Below, piece by piece: positions 8,608 through 18,009 of a DNA stretch of 44,563 nt. Where the stretch lies: positions 1 to 44,563 of IMG/VR virus record IMGVR_UViG_3300005805_000149. One strand, written 5' to 3'. A program made the position numbers and the translations under genes. Under the pieces are notes generated by a model. That model ran no database searches, was not told the DNA's origin, and saw only the letters and a list, made by a program, of their open reading frames with translations. Position 1 is the first letter of the stretch. Every line of letters starts with the position of its first letter. This DNA comes from a virus (lineage: Duplodnaviria; Caudoviricetes).

Positions 8608-9177
8608 TTATTTCCAAGTTGGACCAGTAATAAAAATAAACAAAATGTTTCTTACACCAGAAGTTATCTGCTCTACCTTATGCTGAGTGTATGATGTGAA
8701 TAGAGCAACAGTACCTTTACCTTCCACTTTAGCAGGAAGTGGGTAGCCAGGCTCAAAAACAAAATCTCCACCTTCATACTCTGTTGGATCAGATAACATT
8801 ACAGTCAAAGAAAGCTTTCTGTCGGTTTTAAGATTGTTGTACTTAGGGTTGTTTAGAGCCATTTTATATCTCATTGTATCATCATGCCAACCCACACCAT
8901 GGCCTGGTAGGTATGTAATATGCTGGATTGCTCCATCAATCTGATAATCAACATCAACACCTAATTTGTTAATATTACTTTTTGTATAGTCAATTAACGA
9001 CTTAAAGACACCTTCGTATGGCTTCATGTTAGCCGATAAGAATCTAACATCACATCTTCTTACACCTGTCTTACCAAACGATGGGTCTATGGGTACATTG
9101 TTGATCATCCAGGCGTTAACATTATTACACCATGTTGATGGAAAGTAATTTGGTGTTACTACAATCTTTGGAATCAT
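8608..9177 (-). CDS. 2OG-Fe(II) oxygenase (PKHD/P4H-like)
   Basis: WHDD, RKLSLTVMLSDPTEYEGGD, HKVEQITSGVR; start moved to ATG 9177. Confidence 0.9.
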   Translation of the reverse strand: MIPKIVVTPNYFPSTWCNNVNAWMINNVPIDPSFGKTGVRRCDVRFLSANMKPYEGVFKSLIDYTKSNINKLGVDVDYQIDGAIQHITYLPGHGVGWHDDTMRYKMALNNPKYNNLKTDRKLSLTVMLSDPTEYEGGDFVFEPGYPLPAKVEGKGTVALFTSYTQHKVEQITSGVRNILFIFITGPTWK

Positions 9178-9178
9178 A

Positions 9179-9727
9179 TTAAACCCACCTCGGACCCTTA
9201 AACCAAGCAACTAATGTATTTCTTGTTCCACTTGTTACTGGCGTTACTTTATGTAGCATAATTGATGGGAACACTATTGCTTGGCCAGCAGTTAGCTTGA
9301 TAGTTTTATTTTTTTTACCACCGGCGAGAACTAAATCACCGCCCTGATAATTATTACTATCTGTCAAACCAACAATCACTGTAAGCTTGTGCACGACAGG
9401 TTTAACTACCCACACTGAATCACTATGCCAGTCGTATTCCATTTGCTGTTCTGATTTATATGTTGTATATTGGAATGCACCAATATCATACCAAATGTTA
9501 AAACCAAACATTCGTTCGTTTGCGGCCATTGCAATATCCTTTAATGCATCTACTATTTGGGGTTCCTTCTTAGAGGAAATAATTTTCATTAAGTAGTTTT
9601 CCGGTATCACACCATTACCGTTTGCTGACAAAGTATATGAATCACCAGCTGCATCTGGATACTTTTCACATGCTTTGTGGATACCCTCAGCCCACTTACT
9701 ATTAAAGTATTGCTTTGTCCAGATCAT
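9179..9727 (-). CDS. 2OG-Fe(II) oxygenase (PKHD/P4H-like)
   Basis: YDWHSD, KLTV, YQGGDL, FPS..HKVTPVTSGTRNTLVAW. Confidence 0.9.
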   Translation of the reverse strand: MIWTKQYFNSKWAEGIHKACEKYPDAAGDSYTLSANGNGVIPENYLMKIISSKKEPQIVDALKDIAMAANERMFGFNIWYDIGAFQYTTYKSEQQMEYDWHSDSVWVVKPVVHKLTVIVGLTDSNNYQGGDLVLAGGKKNKTIKLTAGQAIVFPSIMLHKVTPVTSGTRNTLVAWFKGPRWV

Positions 9728-11439
9728 ACAATCCTAGAAAAGTTCTTTGTCTTCTCGAACTTAATAACATTATGAAACTTATCAAACAACTGATCTGTCT
9801 TATGGCTAATAATAAACGTATTAGTATCAGCAGTGAGAGTCTGAATAATCTTCAAGAACTCATCTGTACCAGAACTATCAAGAGAACTATCAAACACCTC
9901 ATCCATAATCAAAAGATTGGTAGCAGCACTATTTCTCATTTTAGCAATTGCTCTCCATGTAAAGAGCACTGCTAAGTTGATTCTCATCTTCTCACCTTCT
10001 GAGAATGAATTGTAACTAAACTCATCTCTGAATCTTGATCTGATGGTTTCATTAAACTGTTCATCAATCTCAAACTGAACAAAGAAGTCCATGGCAGCCA
10101 AGTACTTATTGATCAACTTATTAATAATTGGCATATACTGACGAAGGATTCTGGTCTTGATACCACCATCCTTTAAGAGAGCAGAAGCTGCCTGTAGTAT
10201 TTCGTACTCCTCTAGCAGCTTCTGCTTCTTTTCCTCAGCTTCTGTCTTTTGCTTTTGTAGTTCTTTTAGTTTTTGTTTTTCTGCATCAACGTTTGCCGTG
10301 TTTGTTTCCAATCCATTAATCTCAGTTTGCAGGTAATCAATAAACTTCTTCTTAGAAGTTATCTCTGTCTGCAGTTTAGTAATCTCTTGCTGGATTGTTT
10401 GAATCTCTTTTTGGATTTTATTAATTCTTGTAATTTCTGTAACAGTATTATTATAGTCACCATCAAGAAGCTTTAGGTTCTCTTGTATTTCAGTTACTCG
10501 CGTTTGCTTTGTAGCAATAGACTCAGACTTGAACTCGTGAGGAATTCCTTGCTTACAAGTTGGACAGTCATCATTGTCGTGGAAGAACTTAATCTCTTTA
10601 TCCAACTTGGATAGTTTATCAATAGTCTTTTCCTTTAGGATAACAGACTTCTCCATTCTCTTGGTTAACTTATCCAGGTTAGTAGTTTGCTGAATCTTTT
10701 CCTCTATTGTGTTACCCTTCATTGTAAGGTCAATATTACACATATCAATCTCAGCTTCAGTCTGCTCAATCTTTACATTATTTTCATCAACCTTATTCTG
10801 CACATCTTTCTTCAAAGAATCAATGTAGCTATTCTGAATGTTAATCTTCTCATCAACAAGATCACTATCATACTTTGCTTGCTTCAAGTCATCTTGATTA
10901 GTGGAGACCTTACCCTTTAGTAGCGTATTCATTGTAGTGAATACCTGAATGTCAAGTAGGTCCTCAATCACTTCTCTTCGCTGAGCTGCAGGAAGTTGCA
11001 TGAATGGAACATAGGTAGAGGAACCAAGAACAACTACTTGAGAGAATGTTCTATGGTTCATCTTAACGATCTGCTTCTCAATTACCTCTTGATAGTCTTT
11101 ACTATCAGCATCTTGGTTGAGTAGTTGATCATTCTTATGGATCTCAAACTTAGTAGGCTTGATACCTCTAACGATCTTATAGTTAGCATTACCAACTACA
11201 AACTCAAGCTCAACACATAGATCTTTACCATTGATAGAGTTAACAAGCTGAGGCTTATTAATCTTTCTGAATGGCTTATTGTAGAGAGCAAATGAAATAG
11301 CATCGAGAATGGTTGACTTACCAGAACCATTCGTACCTACAATCAGAGTTGACTTATGCTTAGTAAGATCTATCTCTGTAAATATGTTGCCAGTGGATAA
11401 AAAATTCTTCCACTTCACTTTCTTAAAAAGAATACTCAT
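9724..11439 (-). CDS. gp46: Recombination exonuclease ATPase subunit (Rad50/SbcC-like)
   Basis: Walker A GTNGSGKST, zinc hook CPTC, FSEGEK signature, LIMDEVFD, coiled coil. Confidence 0.97.
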   Translation of the reverse strand: MSILFKKVKWKNFLSTGNIFTEIDLTKHKSTLIVGTNGSGKSTILDAISFALYNKPFRKINKPQLVNSINGKDLCVELEFVVGNANYKIVRGIKPTKFEIHKNDQLLNQDADSKDYQEVIEKQIVKMNHRTFSQVVVLGSSTYVPFMQLPAAQRREVIEDLLDIQVFTTMNTLLKGKVSTNQDDLKQAKYDSDLVDEKINIQNSYIDSLKKDVQNKVDENNVKIEQTEAEIDMCNIDLTMKGNTIEEKIQQTTNLDKLTKRMEKSVILKEKTIDKLSKLDKEIKFFHDNDDCPTCKQGIPHEFKSESIATKQTRVTEIQENLKLLDGDYNNTVTEITRINKIQKEIQTIQQEITKLQTEITSKKKFIDYLQTEINGLETNTANVDAEKQKLKELQKQKTEAEEKKQKLLEEYEILQAASALLKDGGIKTRILRQYMPIINKLINKYLAAMDFFVQFEIDEQFNETIRSRFRDEFSYNSFSEGEKMRINLAVLFTWRAIAKMRNSAATNLLIMDEVFDSSLDSSGTDEFLKIIQTLTADTNTFIISHKTDQLFDKFHNVIKFEKTKNFSRIV

Positions 11440-12515
11440 TGCTTAGTTTGTATTTCCATTGCTTCAACATACAAGTCGCCGAGAAGCTTGTTCAGCCTAG
11501 GTACATTGTCTTTATTACTAATGTATTGATCAGAGAACTTTCTAATGATTGTTAGAGTATCCTCAGCGTCAGATATTATACTTGAATCTTCTTCTAAGTC
11601 AAGATGTAAATGATCCTCAACTACCTGAAGGTCTGCAACACCTGCCCTCTCAATTCTATCGATGACACTATCAAACCAATATGGGTTAGTTTTATTCTTG
11701 ACTATAACCTTTACAAACTTTCCGCTGAGGAAAGAGTAGTCATCAAGAACTACATCATCACGTTCCTTATCAAGGTCATCATAGTGGTACTTTTCAAATA
11801 AGGTCAAGTCATGCTTAATAAATTCAATTTCTCTTGTTTCTGTATCAAAGACATGGAACCCTTTAGGGTCATCATAATCAGACCACACAATCTCATAAGG
11901 ACAACCAAGATAGGTCACATTACCCTTTGTTGATCTATGGTGATAGTGACCGGAGAGTACAACATCAAACTTCTTAAAGATCTTAGCATCATAGCCATGA
12001 TCAATCACTGTACCCTTTTGCATCTCAAAGCCTGCAAGCTCTAGATGGCCAAAGCATACTTGTGCATCAGTGTCAGCAATCTTTTCAATTACTGAATCAA
12101 AGTTATCACTACACATCCATGGTACAAACAGAATATTTGTACTACCAAACTTAACTTCTGTTGCTCCTGTATACCAATTAATGTTGTCTGGTCTATTGGT
12201 ACCAAACAACTCTGTCATACAATTGACTTCGTTTGTATTCTTATAGAATGTATCATGGTTACCAATAATAACATGCAAGTTAAAATTAGCATGAATAACA
12301 CGATTGATGAATTGGTCTCTAAACTTTCTTAATGAGAGATAGCTGATATACTTTCTTCTATCTACAATATCACCAAGATGGATAATTGTATCAATATCAT
12401 TTGCCTTGAGATAAGGAAAGAATACCTCACTATAGAATCTTCCAATGAAGTCTGAGAATATAGGACTATCGCCACGGCCACCAAAGTGCGTGTCAGTTAT
12501 CAAAGCGATCTTCAT
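11436..12515 (-). CDS. gp47: Recombination nuclease subunit (Mre11/SbcD-like)
   Basis: TDTHFG, HLGD, GNHD, GHLE and SGHYH metallophosphoesterase motifs. Confidence 0.97.
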   Translation of the reverse strand: MKIALITDTHFGGRGDSPIFSDFIGRFYSEVFFPYLKANDIDTIIHLGDIVDRRKYISYLSLRKFRDQFINRVIHANFNLHVIIGNHDTFYKNTNEVNCMTELFGTNRPDNINWYTGATEVKFGSTNILFVPWMCSDNFDSVIEKIADTDAQVCFGHLELAGFEMQKGTVIDHGYDAKIFKKFDVVLSGHYHHRSTKGNVTYLGCPYEIVWSDYDDPKGFHVFDTETREIEFIKHDLTLFEKYHYDDLDKERDDVVLDDYSFLSGKFVKVIVKNKTNPYWFDSVIDRIERAGVADLQVVEDHLHLDLEEDSSIISDAEDTLTIIRKFSDQYISNKDNVPRLNKLLGDLYVEAMEIQTKQ

Positions 12516-12518
12516 AAT

Positions 12519-13088
12519 TTAGTCTTCCTTAATTAACTTCTCAAGGCCTTTCTTAGCTTGCCTTTCGGTCTTCTTCTTCAGAGCGCTTGCTTCAAATTGC
12601 TCAATGAACGTATCCATATAGTCATTGGATGTATAGTCAGTGATCTCGATATCAAACTCACCAAGCTCATCTAACTCCTGAAGGTTCATCAACTCATGGT
12701 TGATCATCTTCTGCTGGGTAACCTTATGCTTAACATACATATACTTCTTCTCCTTCTGAATACGGCGAAGGAAAGCGAAGTAAATAATTTGTGTAAAGTA
12801 TGAAAAAGGGTTAGTAGACTTATCAGGGTCAAAGTTATGGAAATAGTTAATACAGTTTTCCAAACCATCCGCAATCATTTCATCGCGGAATGTATAGTTG
12901 ATAAAGTTAGGGCTATAGGAAAGCTTATTAGCGATCTTGATCAAACAATCGCCAATGTAATGTGGAATCACAGGTTTTGATAGACCTTGTGCCTCTGCGG
13001 CAAGGACCTTCTTTTTAAATTCCACTATAGCCTTATAGAACTCATCATTACTAACGTAGTGATTAGCTTTGTCTTTAATATCGGTCAT
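12519..13088 (-). CDS. gp55: Late-transcription sigma factor
   Basis: HYVSN, NFINYTFRDEMIADG.ENC, NPFSYFTQIIYFAFLRRI. Confidence 0.96.
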   Translation of the reverse strand: MTDIKDKANHYVSNDEFYKAIVEFKKKVLAAEAQGLSKPVIPHYIGDCLIKIANKLSYSPNFINYTFRDEMIADGLENCINYFHNFDPDKSTNPFSYFTQIIYFAFLRRIQKEKKYMYVKHKVTQQKMINHELMNLQELDELGEFDIEITDYTSNDYMDTFIEQFEASALKKKTERQAKKGLEKLIKED

Positions 13089-13113
13089 TACAAATCCTTT
13101 TCAACATTTTGTT

Positions 13114-13142
13114 ATTATAATACATTCAATAAGTTAGTTCAA
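13114..13142 (-). promoter_or_regulatory. Sigma70-type early promoter for gp55-gp47-gp46
   Basis: TTGAAC-17 bp-TATAAT on the minus strand. Confidence 0.75.
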
Positions 13143-13146
13143 CCCG

Positions 13147-13175
13147 TTGACTTTTTGCACTCTGTTTAGTATAAT
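13147..13175 (+). promoter_or_regulatory. Sigma70-type promoter pointing antisense into the uvsW operon
   Basis: TTGACT-17 bp-TATAAT on the plus strand; no credible plus-strand CDS downstream. Confidence 0.65.
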
Positions 13176-13202
13176 CACCTTTGTGGGGGTCAGATATATT
13201 AA

Positions 13203-13616
13203 TTAGTGCAAAATAGGGGTAGAAGAGGATACAACAACAACCCCATCTAGCTCCTCATCATCTATTTCTACACCAAGTGGACTATCGCTATATTCATCTT
13301 GAAGACCACAGATGTCCTTTTCTAGATCTTCATCTAGTATCCGTTGGAACCTTTCCATAAACGTTAGATAGTACTTAATGATTCGTTCATTGGGTTTAGA
13401 GAATGCAATGATAGATGTCTTCTTAAGAGCAACTATATTGTTCTCTGAGAAAGGCATTAGTTTAGAAGTTGTAACATTTGTTGTCTGGTTAATAGTAGTC
13501 TTTAACCTAATTACAACAGGATACTTCATCACAACATCATCTTCTGATTCGTTGTGAAGTTCTCCAATAATGAATGAGTCATCATCGCTCAGTTTGACAA
13601 GAATGAATGCTGCCAT
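13203..13616 (-). CDS. Conserved hypothetical protein downstream of uvsW
   Basis: ILVKL...IIG...P...MPFS pattern with an acidic tail; usual position in T4-like phages. Confidence 0.6.
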   Translation of the reverse strand: MAAFILVKLSDDDSFIIGELHNESEDDVVMKYPVVIRLKTTINQTTNVTTSKLMPFSENNIVALKKTSIIAFSKPNERIIKYYLTFMERFQRILDEDLEKDICGLQDEYSDSPLGVEIDDEELDGVVVVSSSTPILH

Positions 13617-13619
13617 AAC

Positions 13620-15080
13620 TTACCTCAATTGATAGCTCGTGATTTTGTATTCGAACTTCTCACTAGTATAAATTCCCACTCGCTCAATAAAATGCTTTAG
13701 GGTATGATTCTTAGCTTTTTTCCAAGAAAGGTCATCAGCTATATCATACAATGTTGCCTGCTCTTTATTGTCACCTCTTCTTAACGCTCTACCTATTGAC
13801 TGTAGAGATCTAATTCTAGACTTTGTAGGTGAAGCAAACACAACATTGTGTAGGTTTCTAATATTTATACCAGTTGAAAACGTACCATATGAGGCTACGA
13901 TGATGGCATTGTCCTCCTGCTCTGTAATCTTTCTAACTAGTTCTCTATCCTCTACTTCAACTTCTCCAGATACAAAGAAGATGTGTCTATCCTCTTTATT
14001 TTGTTCTGTAAGTATTGCATGGAGTGGTTTTCCATGCTTCTCTACAAACTGATAGAGGATAAGAGTGTTACCCTTCAGGTGTAGAGACAACTGAGATATA
14101 AAATTGTTCCTTGCTTCATTACGAACAAGGAAATCTATCTCATCATGGTATTCTGTTCTACTATATTCTTTCTTGTTGGCATCTGTATGCTTGAGCACAA
14201 TGGCCTGAATTTTAAAATCAGCAAGATGCTTTTGTTCAATAAGTTCAGCAGTAGTAGTCACTTTCTTTACTACTCCAAACAAACCTTCAAGTACCAACTT
14301 ATGTGTTTGTGTACCATCGAGAGTTCCAGTAAAGCCTAATCTGATAGGACACTTGGTCATCTTCTCAAGAATGGATGTTAGTGACTTGGCCTTATACTGA
14401 TGAGCTTCGTCCCCAATCACAACATCAAACTGTTCATACCATTGCCTTGGCATCTTATAGATTGACTGCCAGGTAGATATAACAATTGGCTTATCTGAAT
14501 TCTTCTCTCTACCAGACATAATGGTGTGAATATCATTCTCATCACCACCATATGATACAAAGTCACCCTTCATTTGTTCAACAAGGGAGATAGTTGGAAC
14601 AATGATGAGAGTTTTAAAATCTATTTGCTGCCACCACTTTGTAATCATATAAATGATTAGCGACTTACCAGAAGCAGTGGGAGATACAAGTAATGATCTT
14701 TTTGTTCTTATGCCATGAATGAAGGCTTCTAGCTGATAGCCTCTTGGTTTGAATGGAAGATTGAGGTTAGTAATGAAGTCAATGACAGATTGTTCATCAA
14801 TGCTAGCAAAGCCATCTACGCTATCATGGAATTGTAATTTATAGTTTCGTGATTCACAAAACTTTTGTATATAAGGAATCAATCCAAAGTAGATTCTTCT
14901 GCTCATTGGATTGAATAAATGGATGTCACCAGACCATACCTTATTGCGGTAGGCAGGCATAAAGCGATAACCTGGAACCTTGAAAGTAAAGTAGTCCTTC
15001 AGCTCCATCGCAACACTAGCGTCACAATCAACTGTCACATATACATCATTAAATTTTGAGACAACTAGTGTTTCTGTCAT
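13620..15080 (-). CDS. uvsW: SF2 DNA helicase
   Basis: SPTASGKS, DEAH, GFTGT, FSTGINI, QSIGR. Confidence 0.96.
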   Translation of the reverse strand: MTETLVVSKFNDVYVTVDCDASVAMELKDYFTFKVPGYRFMPAYRNKVWSGDIHLFNPMSRRIYFGLIPYIQKFCESRNYKLQFHDSVDGFASIDEQSVIDFITNLNLPFKPRGYQLEAFIHGIRTKRSLLVSPTASGKSLIIYMITKWWQQIDFKTLIIVPTISLVEQMKGDFVSYGGDENDIHTIMSGREKNSDKPIVISTWQSIYKMPRQWYEQFDVVIGDEAHQYKAKSLTSILEKMTKCPIRLGFTGTLDGTQTHKLVLEGLFGVVKKVTTTAELIEQKHLADFKIQAIVLKHTDANKKEYSRTEYHDEIDFLVRNEARNNFISQLSLHLKGNTLILYQFVEKHGKPLHAILTEQNKEDRHIFFVSGEVEVEDRELVRKITEQEDNAIIVASYGTFSTGINIRNLHNVVFASPTKSRIRSLQSIGRALRRGDNKEQATLYDIADDLSWKKAKNHTLKHFIERVGIYTSEKFEYKITSYQLR

Positions 15081-15511
15081 TGTCCTGTCTTAAACTTTTC
15101 CCAATCAATGGCACTCTTAACCTGGAACCCTAAGTTCATTACTGACTTAATAATTGATTCCAATGCATCAATCTTTTCTTGCTGAACAGCTATTCTAAGG
15201 TTAAGAGTAATAATATCTGAATCACTATCAATATATGTAGGGACATCTTGTTTCAAGATTTTTTGTAGGAACGGTTCCCACTTCATCTCCTCAAGAGTCT
15301 CTTGGTCAAGAACACCTGTATAGTATTCCCACTTCAGCTTCTTTAGCTTCTTCATGTCCTGCTCAAGCTTTCTAAGCAGTAGACGTTCGTGGGAGAATAG
15401 TTTAAAGTACTTGTGGTGAAGTTTAGGTATGTTCAATGCAACGTCACCGAGCTCTGTTCGGTCAACTTTGCTATCCTTCTCCCATTCACCAAATATTTCT
15501 TCAAGCTTCAT
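15077..15511 (-). CDS. uvsY: Recombination mediator
   Basis: IPKLHHKY, KWEYYTG, FQVKSAIDW; adjacent to uvsW. Confidence 0.92.
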   Translation of the reverse strand: MKLEEIFGEWEKDSKVDRTELGDVALNIPKLHHKYFKLFSHERLLLRKLEQDMKKLKKLKWEYYTGVLDQETLEEMKWEPFLQKILKQDVPTYIDSDSDIITLNLRIAVQQEKIDALESIIKSVMNLGFQVKSAIDWEKFKTGQ

Positions 15512-15539
15512 AATATAGTTCCTACCCTACGGTAGGTAT

Positions 15540-15569
15540 ATTATATACTAAACAGTGTGAAGGGTAAAC
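15540..15569 (-). promoter_or_regulatory. Early promoter for uvsY-uvsW
   Basis: GTTTACC (T4-early-like -35), 17 bp spacer, TATAAT; overlaps the 3' end of gp3. Confidence 0.55.
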
Positions 15570-16048
15570 AGCAAGCATCTAAAGGTCACTGTGGCATCAA
15601 TATAATTTATATCAGATTCTTGAGAATTGAATTCAAGGTCACTCAAAACAACTGGGAACAAATCTCTGAATCTAACCTCAATGTTATTTTTATTAGCTGA
15701 GTTTAAAATTAACAATGTACCATCTGAGGCATATGTACTATAGATATCATTTGGGTATAGAGCATTTGTATTTGGAGCACTAAACTGTTCTGGTCTACCA
15801 ATTAAATGCATCCAGTCAAAAATTTCTCTATAGTTTGCCAGATCCTCATCTACCTTGAACCTTACAACAAAATCATTGTACACAACCTTTTCAGGATAAC
15901 GAATGACCTTGAAAGGGGTTTGTAGCTCAGCATCCTCGACTGTTATACCAGGTAAGTTGGCTGATGTTACATTAAGGATAGTATTAGGAATCTTTTGAAT
16001 TGCTAACTGATAACCTAGTGGTGATAAGAAACTTTTTTGAATGGCCAT
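15548..16048 (-). CDS. gp3: Tail completion / tube terminator protein
   Basis: FLSPLG, ANLPGI, FKVDEDL.NY.EI.DW, SDGTL.IL, FPV.LS. Confidence 0.88.
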   Translation of the reverse strand: MAIQKSFLSPLGYQLAIQKIPNTILNVTSANLPGITVEDAELQTPFKVIRYPEKVVYNDFVVRFKVDEDLANYREIFDWMHLIGRPEQFSAPNTNALYPNDIYSTYASDGTLLILNSANKNNIEVRFRDLFPVVLSDLEFNSQESDINYIDATVTFRCLLFTLHTV

Positions 16049-16073
16049 TGTTAATTACCTTTATTAATACTAA

Positions 16074-16081
16074 TATTTATA
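16074..16081 (-). promoter_or_regulatory. Late promoter (gp3)
   Basis: Exact TATAAATA. Confidence 0.8.
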
Positions 16082-16101
16082 TTGTGTTTCCAACCGCGGT
16101 C

Positions 16102-17124
16102 TCATATACCCTTCTTCAATCCTTCATCAAACCTTCTTCCAAGTCTTGCTAAAGGAATCACATGTTCTTTGTATGCTTTTGTTTGTCTAAACTTTTCAAT
16201 GACTTTACCTACCTGGGTTGTTGCTCCCTGTATGTCATCACACATTGCACAAGGTAGAATTTGAGTTCTATCTTTATTAATTAGTCGCCATCTTATTCTA
16301 TTAATTTTTTCATCATTCACAAACATATCCATTAGTGATCTTTCATGGACATTGCCAATTTTTATTTGACTAGACCAATCATTACAGCACATCTGATAGT
16401 TACCATCAAAATCAATAAAGATCTGTCTCATTGGATGCCAACAAGGTGAGTCGCTAATTTTAACACTTTGCCCATTTGGCATTTTAACTACGTTTGTGTA
16501 ATCAAGAATATCATTTCTTCTGTCTTGATTTTTAAAATATCCAGCTCTATTATTGAAAGCATGCTTCCAGCTTTTGCCATCTTCTTTGTAGCTGGGCATG
16601 CTGTTAATTTGATCAATAGTAAATCCATCTTGTTTATAATAATGATAAACTTTACCACCACTTGGTAGGGTTACATACTTTTGCTGCCTCTCCTCGTATT
16701 CTTCTTTAGACTCATAACTATTTAAAATTAATTCATCTAACTTTTGACCAACAGGAGAGTTCCACCACTCATCAAGCTTATAACCATTTGTGGTTAGTCT
16801 CACCTTCCATTTTCTTGGTGCAGCAGTTAGCATATCAACTATAGTATCAAATTTTTTATGGAGTGTACTCTCGCCTCTTCCAGCAAGCTCGACCCAGCCT
16901 TTGAAATCTATCGAGAGTAATTCTTTGATTACTATCTCAACTGTTTCAAGAGACATTTGTTTGTTGATATTGGGATATAGTGGGACAGCATCTAAGCTTC
17001 TAGGACAGAATGAACACTGCCTATTACAGAGTCCTGTTAGGTCAAAATCTAATCTTACTATATGGGCAAACAGCGGATGATTTTTAATACCATTCTCATT
17101 TACTGCTATTGGGATTAAATCCAT
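16102..17124 (-). CDS. Radical SAM protein with SPASM/twitch domain
   Basis: CNRQCSFC (CxxxCxxC), GRGE, TTNG; C-terminal PCWHP...DG...CCND..IGN...CAMC. Confidence 0.9.
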   Translation of the reverse strand: MDLIPIAVNENGIKNHPLFAHIVRLDFDLTGLCNRQCSFCPRSLDAVPLYPNINKQMSLETVEIVIKELLSIDFKGWVELAGRGESTLHKKFDTIVDMLTAAPRKWKVRLTTNGYKLDEWWNSPVGQKLDELILNSYESKEEYEERQQKYVTLPSGGKVYHYYKQDGFTIDQINSMPSYKEDGKSWKHAFNNRAGYFKNQDRRNDILDYTNVVKMPNGQSVKISDSPCWHPMRQIFIDFDGNYQMCCNDWSSQIKIGNVHERSLMDMFVNDEKINRIRWRLINKDRTQILPCAMCDDIQGATTQVGKVIEKFRQTKAYKEHVIPLARLGRRFDEGLKKGI

Positions 17125-17324
17125 GGATCAATGATTCCTTCTACCCAATTTTCACATGTGTCAACAATATAATAGATAGATTTACCTTTAATGACTCTAT
17201 CTTCTTTAATGACTCTATTGTGAATCATTCTCACAACGTAACCTGATCTATCTTCAAGCTCAAACAGCTCTGCTGTTCTGTTGTCTCTTATATATTTTGT
17301 TAGAAACCGAGCATTTTCAACCAT
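17115..17324 (-). CDS. Hypothetical protein
   Basis: 69 aa ORF with a GAGGTG RBS, coupled to the radical SAM gene. Confidence 0.6.
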   Translation of the reverse strand: MVENARFLTKYIRDNRTAELFELEDRSGYVVRMIHNRVIKEDRVIKGKSIYYIVDTCENWVEGIIDPWI

Positions 17325-17332
17325 ATATCACC

Positions 17333-17935
17333 TCAATATTTTGTTACAGAACCTGACGGTCCTACATGCCATGCTTGGAATGTTATTTGTGGATATTCTT
17401 TCTGTAATGATTTAAAACTTGTTAAGTTGTTTGTATCATCATCAAAAAATCTGATTCTTTTATATAGACCACTTCTTAGATACTTGCGGAATATAGCCTT
17501 CTTGTTTTTAGCACTTGACCCCAACTTTAAGTTACCAGCTCTTTCAACGTGTATCTTACTTGTATCTATACCATGAGCATCTAGTGCTCTCAAGAAAATT
17601 TCTTTATTATCAAAGTCTGCTCTGGCTGTTGATATAATAACTTTGGATCCTTTGGCAAATGCATTATTAATAATTGCCTTTGCTTTACCTATCATCTTGG
17701 CTACTGGTGTAGAGGTCTTCTCAAATACCTCAGCACTTCTAAACTCACCATAATCAAAAGATTCACCAGCCTTTAACTTATAATGATTATACTGTTGATT
17801 ATCTAATGTATGGACTACCTTACCACCATTCATTACCTTAATCTTAGCTTTTGTATGGAACAGAGTTTCGTCAAGGTCAAACACAGTTAGACCAAGTTCT
17901 GCTTGTTCATTTAGATATGTTTTGAATGAATGCAT
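17333..17935 (-). CDS. HAD-superfamily hydrolase with a capsid-targeting-like N-terminus
   Basis: FDLDETLF (DxDxT), STAR, K and FFDD motifs; probable start MHSFKTYLNE at 17935. Confidence 0.8.
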   Translation of the reverse strand: MHSFKTYLNEQAELGLTVFDLDETLFHTKAKIKVMNGGKVVHTLDNQQYNHYKLKAGESFDYGEFRSAEVFEKTSTPVAKMIGKAKAIINNAFAKGSKVIISTARADFDNKEIFLRALDAHGIDTSKIHVERAGNLKLGSSAKNKKAIFRKYLRSGLYKRIRFFDDDTNNLTSFKSLQKEYPQITFQAWHVGPSGSVTKY

Positions 17936-17946
17936 TTCCATACCAA

Positions 17947-17954
17947 TATTTATC
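17947..17954 (-). promoter_or_regulatory. Late promoter variant
   Basis: GATAAATA just downstream of the gp23 terminator. Confidence 0.55.
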
Positions 17955-17958
17955 AAGC

Positions 17959-17985
17959 AAAAAAAAGGGCCGCTTTCGCGGCCCT
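17959..17985 (-). terminator. Rho-independent terminator after gp23
   Basis: AGGGCCGC-GAAA-GCGGCCC followed by T8 on the minus strand. Confidence 0.92.
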
Positions 17986-18009
17986 CTCTTTCTATTATCC
18001 GGTTAAGGA

